From an uncultured Gammaproteobacteria bacterium (lineage in GTDB: Bacteria; Patescibacteriota; Patescibacteriia; Buchananbacterales; GWA2-38-13), in the NCBI GenBank assembly GCA_964373925.1, contig CAYJWS010000001.1, positions 1 to 45,338 of the forward strand: a stretch of DNA of 45,338 bases, read 5' to 3'. Positions 9,422-16,304 of this stretch are shown piece by piece. Both the position numbers and the translations under genes were made by a program. Below the pieces are notes generated by a model. It searched no databases and was not told the origin of the DNA. It saw only the letters and a list, made by a program, of their open reading frames with translations. Every line of letters begins with the position of its first letter. The first letter of the stretch is position 1.

Positions 9422-10618
9422 ATGTCCTTCTCCATCGGCATTGTCGGACTGCCCAATGTCGGCAAATCAACACTTTTCAAAGCGCTCACCAAAAAACCAA
9501 TTGAAATCGCGAATTATCCATTCTGCACAATAAACCCCAATGTCGGCGTGGTAACAGTGCCAGATGAGCGGATTGAAAAACTTTCTCACATTTCAAAATC
9601 GGAAAAAACCATTCCGACTGTTATTGAATTTTTTGATATTGCCGGCCTTGTCAAAGACGCGCACAGAGGCGAAGGACTGGGGAATAAATTCCTCTCCCAC
9701 ATCCGCGAGGTAAAAGCAATTGTCCATGTCGTGCGCGGCTTTACCGACAAAAATATTATTCACGTCTCAAACCGCGTTGACCCCGAATCGGACAAAGAAA
9801 CCATTAATTTAGAACTTATCTTTGCCGACCTTGAAACCATTAACAAGCGCATGCGAGAAGAAGAGCGCAATGCCAAGGGCAATGACAAAGAAGCAATGGC
9901 GCGAGTCCCGGTATTAAAAAAACTTAAAGAACATTTGGAAAAAGGAAAACTTGCCAATGCACTTGAGCTCACCGACGAAGAGCGCGAGACTATAAAAGGA
10001 TTAAACCTTCTCACGGCAAAGCCTATGATAATGGTAATGAACGTAGACGAAGACTCTCCGCTGTTAAAATCCCCCTCTCCCCACCCCTCCCCCACAAGTG
10101 GGGAGGGAGAAAATGTAAAGCTAAGGAATTCCTCTCCCCTTATGGAAGGCAATAAATCCACACACTCTTCCCCTCCCCTGGTGGGAGGGGATAAAGGGGA
10201 GGGGGAAGCCACAATGGAAGGGGCGATCCCCGTCTGCGCGAAAATTGAAGCGGAGCTCGCCGAACTCTCTGACGATGAGGCCAAGGCATATCTCAAAGAA
10301 CTCGGCCTTGAGGTGAGCGGACTCCATAAGATTATCCAAAAGTCCTACGAAATTTTAGGGCTCATTACTTTTTTCACTTCCGGGCCCAAAGAAAGTCGGG
10401 CATGGACTGTACGTCGCGGCGCCAAAGCTCCCGAAGCCGCCGGCGTCATTCACACCGACTTTGAAAAAGGCTTCATACGCGCCGAAATTATTGCGTACGA
10501 TGATTTCATCGCCTGCGCGGGAGAGCTCGGCGCCAAAGAAAAAGGCAAACTCCGCGTTGAAGGAAAAGACTACGTCATCCAAGACGGCGACGTCGCGCAT
10601 TTTAGGTTTAATGTGTAG
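9422..10618 (+). CDS. ychF: ribosome-binding ATPase YchF, carrying an in-frame GC-rich insert
   Basis: 398-aa ORF; G1 GLPNVGKST, FCTINPN, DIAGLV, C-terminal IHTDFEKGFIRAE..DGDVAHFRFNV; about 35 aa longer than E. coli YchF as I recall it (363 aa) because of the segment at about 10055-10225. Confidence 0.93.
   Translation: MSFSIGIVGLPNVGKSTLFKALTKKPIEIANYPFCTINPNVGVVTVPDERIEKLSHISKSEKTIPTVIEFFDIAGLVKDAHRGEGLGNKFLSHIREVKAIVHVVRGFTDKNIIHVSNRVDPESDKETINLELIFADLETINKRMREEERNAKGNDKEAMARVPVLKKLKEHLEKGKLANALELTDEERETIKGLNLLTAKPMIMVMNVDEDSPLLKSPSPHPSPTSGEGENVKLRNSSPLMEGNKSTHSSPPLVGGDKGEGEATMEGAIPVCAKIEAELAELSDDEAKAYLKELGLEVSGLHKIIQKSYEILGLITFFTSGPKESRAWTVRRGAKAPEAAGVIHTDFEKGFIRAEIIAYDDFIACAGELGAKEKGKLRVEGKDYVIQDGDVAHFRFNV
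10070..10210 (+). repeat. two C-run/G-run palindromic repeat units lying inside the ychF reading frame
   Basis: CCCCTCCCCCacaagtGGGGAGGG (10084-10107) and CCCCTCCCCtggtGGGAGGGG (10170-10190); near-copy of the intergenic repeat at 21906-21950; translated as SPSPHPSPTSGEGE..SSPPLVGGDKGEGE. Confidence 0.7.
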
Positions 10619-10626
10619 CTCTTCCC

Positions 10627-10652
10627 TGTCATTCCCGCGAAAGCGGGAATCT
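10627..10652. repeat. short hairpin repeat, CTGTCATYCC family (copy 2)
   Basis: CTGTCATTCCCGCgaaaGCGGGAATC, 8-bp stem with GAAA loop, 9 nt after the ychF stop. Confidence 0.6.
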
Positions 10653-10705
10653 AGATTTAGTCTCTAATATTATTGGGCAAGAGGGATCCCATACTTTTTA
10701 TCCAC

Positions 10706-10734
10706 TTGCATAATCACAAAAAATTTCTTAGAAT
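10706..10734 (+). promoter_or_regulatory. sigma70-like promoter for the ORF-less unit 10741-10992
   Basis: TTGCAT (10706-10711), 17-nt spacer, TAGAAT (10729-10734). Confidence 0.45.
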
Positions 10735-10740
10735 TGATCT

Positions 10741-10992
10741 TAGTAGGGCATCTATGATGCCCCTGAAGTAGCGCCAGCTTGTCTGACCCACTGTGTTTGT
10801 GCGAGGTGACTCGCTTACTGGGATTGGCAAAATCAATCTAACGAGTAGCTCTTAAGTCTTCTCTGCCAGCCATTCGGGAATGAGCTGTATCCCGCGTTGA
10901 AGACAGTAAAGAAACTCACAGATGTACCCGCCCAAAAACTCCGATTTATAGAAGATCATTATAAATTCCGGCATTAAGCCGGAATTTTTTTT
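10741..10992 (+). ncRNA. candidate ~250-nt structured non-coding RNA, class not identified
   Basis: bounded by promoter 10706-10734 and terminator 10964-10992; no ORF of 60 aa or more; GC clearly above flanking spacer; hairpins GGGCATCtatGATGCCC (10746-10762) and GCGAGgtgaCTCGC with a GNRA loop. Confidence 0.35.
10964..10992 (+). terminator. rho-independent terminator
   Basis: 9-bp stem AATTCCGGC/GCCGGAATT, 5-nt loop, followed by T8. Confidence 0.8.
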
Positions 10993-11050
10993 CTTTCTTT
11001 AAAAAAATATAATACACATAACAACAGTTTCTTGCTACAATAAAGACACC

Positions 11051-11572
11051 ATGAAACATCTCAATATTGAAATTAAAGCAAAGTGCGAAAATCACGAAAA
11101 AATCCGTACTATTTTAACATCTCATAATGCGGACTTTAAGGGAACAGATCACCAAATAGATACATACTTCAAAGTGAATAAAGGAAGACTCAAGTTGCGC
11201 GAAGGCAATATTGAAAATTATCTTATCTTTTACGAGAGAGAAAACAAAGAGGGCCCAAAACAATCAGACGTTATTCTTTATAAAATCGATCTAAAATCCT
11301 CACTTAAAAATATTCTCCTCAACTCGCTTGGCATTCTTACAATAATTGATAAAACTCGGGAAATATATTTTATAGACAATATAAAATTCCATATTGATAC
11401 CGTAAAGGGGCTTGGAACGTTCGTTGAAATTGAAGCTATTGACAGTAACGGCACTATTGCGAAAGAAAAATTGCTTGAACAATGCAATAACTTCCTAAAA
11501 CTCTTTGATATTCCAAAAGAAGATCTTATTTCGGTATCTTACAGCGACTTGCTTTTAAAAAAAATACAATAA
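11051..11572 (+). CDS. CYTH-domain protein (class IV adenylyl cyclase / triphosphatase family)
   Basis: 173-aa ORF; N-terminal ExExK motif (NIEIKAK), RLKLRE, and VKGLGTFVEIEAI near the C-terminus are typical of CyaB-like CYTH proteins. Confidence 0.8.
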   Translation: MKHLNIEIKAKCENHEKIRTILTSHNADFKGTDHQIDTYFKVNKGRLKLREGNIENYLIFYERENKEGPKQSDVILYKIDLKSSLKNILLNSLGILTIIDKTREIYFIDNIKFHIDTVKGLGTFVEIEAIDSNGTIAKEKLLEQCNNFLKLFDIPKEDLISVSYSDLLLKKIQ

Positions 11573-11578
11573 GCTTTT

Positions 11579-12073
11579 ATGGAATATCTAGATATCGTAA
11601 ATGACGACAACGAAACAATTGGTACGGTAGCGCAAGAGGAAGTTTATAGAAAAAAACTCAACCATCGTATTGTTCATGTTTTTGTAATACATCCAACGTC
11701 AAATAAAATATATTTTCAAAAACGATCTGAAACAAAGTCTTTTCTCCCGGGATACTATTGCACCTCTGCTGGAGGGCACGTACGAACAGGAGAGACATAT
11801 AAACAAGCCGCGAAACGCGAACTTTTTGAAGAAATTTGTATACAAACTCCCGTAGAAAAAATACATTCCATGCTATTTATTTCCGACGGCCATAAAAGGT
11901 TTATTGAGCTCTATATTACAAAAGCGGATGATGGTTTTCTATTTCGAGATGGAGAAGTGTCGTCCGGAGAATTCTTTGATTTTGACGACGCAAAAAAACT
12001 TATTGAAAAGGGTGAAAAAATTCATCCCCAGCTAAATGTTTGTTTTTCTTGGCTGATAAAAAATAAAATATAA
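11579..12073 (+). CDS. NUDIX hydrolase
   Basis: 164-aa ORF; complete Nudix box GGHVRTGETYKQAAKRELFEEICI; 6 nt after the CYTH gene, so probably co-transcribed. Confidence 0.85.
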   Translation: MEYLDIVNDDNETIGTVAQEEVYRKKLNHRIVHVFVIHPTSNKIYFQKRSETKSFLPGYYCTSAGGHVRTGETYKQAAKRELFEEICIQTPVEKIHSMLFISDGHKRFIELYITKADDGFLFRDGEVSSGEFFDFDDAKKLIEKGEKIHPQLNVCFSWLIKNKI

Positions 12074-12163
12074 TTTAAAATGGTTTCTCGCATTTTTGGT
12101 TTTTTTTAATGTATAGCCTCAATCACTTTTTCCTTTTTTAAAAAAGTGGTATAATAATCTTAT

Positions 12164-12191
12164 TTGACACTTATTTTTTTATTGTTATAAT
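12164..12191 (+). promoter_or_regulatory. sigma70-like promoter upstream of the hicB-like gene
   Basis: TTGACA (12164-12169), 16-nt spacer ending in TGT, TATAAT (12186-12191). Confidence 0.55.
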
Positions 12192-12218
12192 AAAAATCAA
12201 CAAATAACCATCAAAATC

Positions 12219-12542
12219 ATGTCGTTGGGAAAACAGGTAAAAGATTATGCAGTGAAAATTCTTTGGGGTGGCAAATTTGTCCCACAAGGACTTTTTGAAG
12301 TATCCGAATACTTCAGAAACAACAGCGCTATTATATTTGATTACCATAAAACAGAAAACGGCTTAATGGCGGTTAGTAAAAATTTCAGATACGGTTCAAT
12401 TGTTACCCATGGCAAAGATGCCGAAGAACTGGATAAGAACATTAAGGATGCCATACTCACTTCATTCGAAGTACCATCGTCTTACCGCAAAGAGGCTGCT
12501 ATTAAAAAAGTGGTGACAGAGAATAAATATGCCCTCACTTAG
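12219..12542 (+). CDS. hicB: HicB-like antitoxin candidate
   Basis: 107-aa ORF overlapping the HicA-like ORF by 14 nt; GLMAVSKNFRYGSIVTHGKDAEELDKNIKDAILTSF resembles the HicB/UPF0150 N-terminal fold segment; no obvious DNA-binding tail. Confidence 0.5.
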   Translation: MSLGKQVKDYAVKILWGGKFVPQGLFEVSEYFRNNSAIIFDYHKTENGLMAVSKNFRYGSIVTHGKDAEELDKNIKDAILTSFEVPSSYRKEAAIKKVVTENKYALT

Positions 12543-12774
12543 TCAACTTCCTGATAAATTAAAAAGAAACAAATTAACCAGGGCGCTTACTCATCTTGGT
12601 TTTGAAATAAGCACAAAGGGTGGCAAAGGCAGTCATTTTAAAGCCGCATATATATTCAACCAAAAATCTATTACCATACTTTTTGATTTAAGAAAAGACG
12701 TTCTGTATTATGTATTAAAAGAGATTGAAATTCAAACCGGTATTACATGGTATCAAATCAAAAATTATCTATAG
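12529..12774 (+). CDS. hicA: HicA-like (YcfA family) mRNA interferase toxin candidate
   Basis: 81-aa ORF; LTRALTHLGFEISTKGGKGSHFK matches the HicA core (L...GF......GSH). Confidence 0.65.
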   Translation: MPSLSQLPDKLKRNKLTRALTHLGFEISTKGGKGSHFKAAYIFNQKSITILFDLRKDVLYYVLKEIEIQTGITWYQIKNYL

Positions 12775-12979
12775 TGCTAAAATAAAAATCTGATGTATAA
12801 ATTCGTTTTTGAAACGATTTTTTTTATTATTTGGTCATTATAATAATCTCAATATCCTTCTTATAAACATATTTAAAAAATGGTGCAAATTTTAATAAAT
12901 CATACTAAGGTATTTTTTAAAATAAAAAAGACCCTTCAGGATTGCTCCATGGATTTGGGTCAAAGCCTTTTTTACGTTA

Positions 12980-13008
12980 TTGACAATATAAAAAATGTAT
13001 TATAGTAT
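12980..13008 (+). promoter_or_regulatory. sigma70-like promoter of the TPR gene
   Basis: TTGACA (12980-12985), then TATAGT after 15 nt or TAGTAT after 17 nt (13001-13008). Confidence 0.5.
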
Positions 13009-13070
13009 TACATATTGTCCCTTACTTTGATCTTTACATTTTTTTCTAGACAAGTTAAGGAGGAAATCCA

Positions 13071-13949
13071 ATGCACAAAGTAACAAAAGAGGAACAGCGG
13101 GCCGTATTGGCCTTGGGCGCCTCCATCCACGCCAAGAACTACAAAGGAATTCTCCATGCGATAAACGTTCTCCTTAAAGCAAAAGATGTTCCAAGGCAAG
13201 TCAGGATAAACAACATGGAGATCAAGGCGTGCGCTTTGTTCCATCTTGATCGGTTCCAAGAGTGTATCGACTGCTTCAATATGATCATCCCGCTCGACCC
13301 AAGCAGCGAGGCAGAGCTTTATGTCTACCATGCTGGCTCTTTCGCCATGCTTGGACGGCATTCGGAAGCCCTGAAAGTATGTGAAAAGGGACTAAAAATT
13401 TTCCCCCAACACAAAGACTTGCTGAACTATCTAATGTGTATAAAAATAGAGTTCGAGCTCTATGAAGAAGTGCTCAAACTGGCCCAAAGCCGTCTTGATC
13501 AAGATCCAAAAAATATGATCGCCTATATCATGATAGTAGAATCGTTGTACCGTCAGACTCCGTATTTCACATTTGCAAAGAAAGATCCAAATCCCGACCT
13601 GGAGGCAATTAATCGTAAGGTTAAAGAGTGCAGACCTTTGTTCGCACAGATGCTCCACTTTACACAAAAAGCTCTTGAACTTGAGCCAAAAAACTTTACT
13701 TTACTAAAGAGAAGGACTTTAGCACTTTTCGGCTTTGATCGATTTCAAGAAGCTCTTGAGTGTTGCGAAAGGGCTCTGTCCGAAGAACCTCAAGATGGCC
13801 AAACATGGCAATATAAAGGAACTGCTCTTTTTAGTTTAGGGCGTCATGAGGAGGCAAAGATCTGCTTCCTTCAGGCTCAAAAGCTTGGGATCTTAGACCG
13901 GTCCACCTTCATGTTGAATCTATACAAACATAATCCGTCTAGAAACTAG
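13071..13949 (+). CDS. tetratricopeptide-repeat (TPR) protein
   Basis: 292-aa ORF; recurring 34-aa A/L/Y/G/P pattern (e.g. HAGSFAMLGRHSEALKVCEKGLKIFPQH, KGTALFSLGRHEEAKICFLQAQKL); strong SD TAAGGAGG 8 nt before the ATG; GC higher than the surroundings. Confidence 0.8.
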   Translation: MHKVTKEEQRAVLALGASIHAKNYKGILHAINVLLKAKDVPRQVRINNMEIKACALFHLDRFQECIDCFNMIIPLDPSSEAELYVYHAGSFAMLGRHSEALKVCEKGLKIFPQHKDLLNYLMCIKIEFELYEEVLKLAQSRLDQDPKNMIAYIMIVESLYRQTPYFTFAKKDPNPDLEAINRKVKECRPLFAQMLHFTQKALELEPKNFTLLKRRTLALFGFDRFQEALECCERALSEEPQDGQTWQYKGTALFSLGRHEEAKICFLQAQKLGILDRSTFMLNLYKHNPSRN

Positions 13950-13961
13950 AATTTTATATGA

Positions 13962-13991
13962 ACGGGCAAACTCCTTCTGCCCGTTTTTTTA
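13962..13991 (+). terminator. rho-independent terminator of the TPR gene
   Basis: stem ACGGGCA/TGCCCGT, 9-nt loop, T7 run. Confidence 0.75.
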
Positions 13992-14100
13992 TTTCCTTCT
14001 AAAAAATTTGCTTTAAGGAACTTTACAAATAACTTTATTATTATATATTTTCCTATTAACTATAAATTTCAATAAACCTCATGCTGGGGTATTTTTTTAA

Positions 14101-14147
14101 ATAAAAAACCCTTTCTTATAATCCATATTGGATATAAGAAAGGGTTT
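14101..14147 (-). terminator. long hairpin terminator downstream of CDS 14284..14871
   Basis: 18-19-bp stem AACCCTTTCTTATAATCCA / TGGATATAAGAAAGGGTT with a 3-nt loop; A-run on the plus strand gives a T-run on the minus strand. Confidence 0.65.
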
Positions 14148-14154
14148 AGGTTTC

Positions 14155-14235
14155 CCACCTACTCCGCCAGATGGCGGATTCGGCGGACAGGCCCGCCTGC
14201 CAACGCCTGAAGCGTAGCTAATGGCGGGCAGGCAA
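14155..14235. repeat. GC-rich palindromic element in the 3' region of CDS 14284..14871
   Basis: stems CCGCCagatGGCGG, GGCGGacaggcCCGCC and GCCTGCC..GGCAGGC; shares CCTACTCCGCC with 863-922. Confidence 0.5.
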
Positions 14236-14283
14236 GAATTCAAGAAGCTTTTTTAAGCTTCAAGGATTCAAGAGATCAAGAAG

Positions 14284-14871
14284 CTACTTGCGGAAAGCCA
14301 AGAAACGACAGCTGCCGCTCCAATCACGGCCGTACCAGTCCAGACGCAGCCTACGCCTAGAATCGTCCCCATCGAGACACGGCACGATGCGGCTACCACC
14401 CGAGTACGTCCAGACCGAGCCAAGAGCAATGATGGGAAACTCCCTTTGCTTTTCAGGGTATTTTGCCCCGAAAGCTAAGAGTTCCTGTAGTGTTGCAGGA
14501 CGATACTCTCGTCGGTCAAGCTCTTTTAACACATTGACTGTATTCATGGTTTTTCCGAAGTGGATGAGCTCTGCCTTGAGCTCAATCGTCCCTTCGCCCG
14601 CTACCGGGAAATGCTCTTGAGTGACGTCTGGATACGCCTGGTCGTATTTACCCGTCTTGATCATGTCGGCGAGCGTCATTGAATAGTCAACGGCGATTGG
14701 AAAAGCGCCGCTGGCCTTCTTTTTCTTGGCTTCTTGTCCTTCAACAAGACGCTGAAGCCCTTCCATTGTCGCTTCAAAAGGCAACGTGCCTTCGTCCACT
14801 CTCCGAGAAACCTCCGAGAGCCTTCGCGAAAGGTTGCCATACTCTTCGTCGGTGACACGTTTTCGCGTCAT
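14284..14871 (-). CDS. hypothetical protein (195 aa), no recognisable domain, compositionally atypical
   Basis: start moved to ATG 14871, preceded by TAAGGAG at 7-nt spacing; helical N-terminus, K-rich linker, ~130-aa C-terminal domain ending LRLDWYGRDWSGSCRFLAFRK; counted GC is 57% (14281-14340) and 63% (14341-14400). Confidence 0.7.
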   Translation of the reverse strand: MTRKRVTDEEYGNLSRRLSEVSRRVDEGTLPFEATMEGLQRLVEGQEAKKKKASGAFPIAVDYSMTLADMIKTGKYDQAYPDVTQEHFPVAGEGTIELKAELIHFGKTMNTVNVLKELDRREYRPATLQELLAFGAKYPEKQREFPIIALGSVWTYSGGSRIVPCLDGDDSRRRLRLDWYGRDWSGSCRFLAFRK

Positions 14872-14956
14872 GACAAACTCCTTACTGTAAAAGCCTTGTG
14901 TCTTCCATCTTTGAACCATTCAAATAAAGAAAACACGTGAAAAGAACTAACATAAT

Positions 14957-14985
14957 AATATAGCATTTATAAAATATTGTGTCAA
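14957..14985 (-). promoter_or_regulatory. sigma70-like promoter of CDS 14284..14871
   Basis: minus strand TTGACA (14985-14980), 17-nt spacer, TATATT (14962-14957). Confidence 0.6.
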
Positions 14986-15124
14986 TAATTCAATTAAAAT
15001 AGTATAAACCCTAAAGCTTCAGCCAAAGGCTTGAACCCTAGGCTCATCAGCCTTGGGCTGAGATCTGCCTATGGCATGACGCCCTGGACTCTTTTTCTAA
15101 AGCTCGCTGCGGAAATGGCATGAT

Positions 15125-16246
15125 TCAAAAATTTTTCAAAATCACAATCTCACGGATAAGTTTTTGTTCGGGTCTGCTGTATGAAAGCGCTTCCGTATTT
15201 TCACTTCGATAACCGATTTTTGTTATCTCGGGCATAATAGAGAGCCTGACAACGATATTTTGAAAGCGAAACGATGGAATCGCCATAACTATTATTGCGT
15301 TGGGCTTGAGTATTTTTTTAAATTCGCGCAAGGCGAACAGATACAGGCTTGAGAGCTCGCGGACAATCTTTGATATTTTTTCTCGCGTCTCGCGGCCGCT
15401 TAACGCCGGGCCCAAGTACGGCTCGGTCACAATGACATCAATGGGGCTTTCCAATCTTTGCGAAATCTGCCTGGCATCGCATTGAAATATTTGGTATTGA
15501 GTATCTTGTATTCGGTATTTTTCCTTCAACCATTCAAGATTTTTTTTTGTATCATCGATCGCCTTTGGCGAGTTATCTGATCCAATGATATTTTTATATC
15601 CCATCAAAACCGCTTCCTGCACTATAGTCCCTGATCCGCAGAACGGATCAAGGATTATATCGTTCTTTTGGGCACGAGAAAGATTAATCATCATCTTCGC
15701 GAGCTTTGGAGGAAGCATGCCGGACGCGGCATCGCGGCTGGGCCTGCCGTAATCGCGAAAACCATAATCTTCAAATTCTTGCACGGCCAGTGTTTCCGCG
15801 ACCACCGTCTTGCCATCGCGGGGCAAGAGCATAAACTCTCGGCACTTATTTTTCGCCACAACAACTGATGAAAGTATGGGCTCTCGTGAGACAACGAGCC
15901 GGGCGCTCCTGCCCTGTGCTTTCAAAATTTTTTTTATCTCCATTCCCATCCGCTCGTATTCCTTGCGTGTGCGCCGGTCATAAAAACTTATGCCAAAAAT
16001 AATTTTTCCAGGCTTTTCTTTCAAAATATCAGCAAAGCTTTGCGCGCCGATAGGCGTATGCAAAACTTTTCCAATTTTTATAGTTCCACCCAAGCTTCGC
16101 AATACTCTTTCACAATCCATGTCATCAGCCTCAACAAAAACGCTTGTCTCATCATGATATGATATGCGCCGGCCTAATACATGGGCGCGGATCTCGGCCA
16201 AAGAAAGTTTTGGATGGTTGCCTAAAATAAAAATGTATGTTTCCAT
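15125..16246 (-). CDS. SAM-dependent RNA methyltransferase (UPF0020/Trm11-like)
   Basis: 373-aa ORF; motif I LDPFCGSGT, acidic GSDNS, motif IV-like VTEPYLGP; N-terminal ~170 aa could be a THUMP-like RNA-binding part. Confidence 0.75.
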   Translation of the reverse strand: METYIFILGNHPKLSLAEIRAHVLGRRISYHDETSVFVEADDMDCERVLRSLGGTIKIGKVLHTPIGAQSFADILKEKPGKIIFGISFYDRRTRKEYERMGMEIKKILKAQGRSARLVVSREPILSSVVVAKNKCREFMLLPRDGKTVVAETLAVQEFEDYGFRDYGRPSRDAASGMLPPKLAKMMINLSRAQKNDIILDPFCGSGTIVQEAVLMGYKNIIGSDNSPKAIDDTKKNLEWLKEKYRIQDTQYQIFQCDARQISQRLESPIDVIVTEPYLGPALSGRETREKISKIVRELSSLYLFALREFKKILKPNAIIVMAIPSFRFQNIVVRLSIMPEITKIGYRSENTEALSYSRPEQKLIREIVILKNF

Positions 16247-16304
16247 AGGAATATTATATCATATATACGACGATAGACAGAATCGCCAAAAAACAGGTGG
16301 CATT

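Noticed and set aside
10741-10992. tmRNA, SRP RNA or RNase P identity for the candidate ncRNA
   Set aside because: There is no tRNA-like acceptor/T-arm or CCA-proximal end, no plausible Ala-rich tag ORF, no GGAA-tetraloop/AGCA helix-8 signature and no GAGGAAAGUCC-type box. It is kept only as an unclassified candidate.
12150-12849. 11-nt direct repeat TATAATAATCT flanking the HicBA-like pair (12150-12160 and 12839-12849) as possible insertion-site duplication
   Set aside because: It is very AT-rich and overlaps a -10-like sequence, so a chance occurrence in 45 kb of AT-rich DNA is plausible. No integrase or other mobility gene is present.
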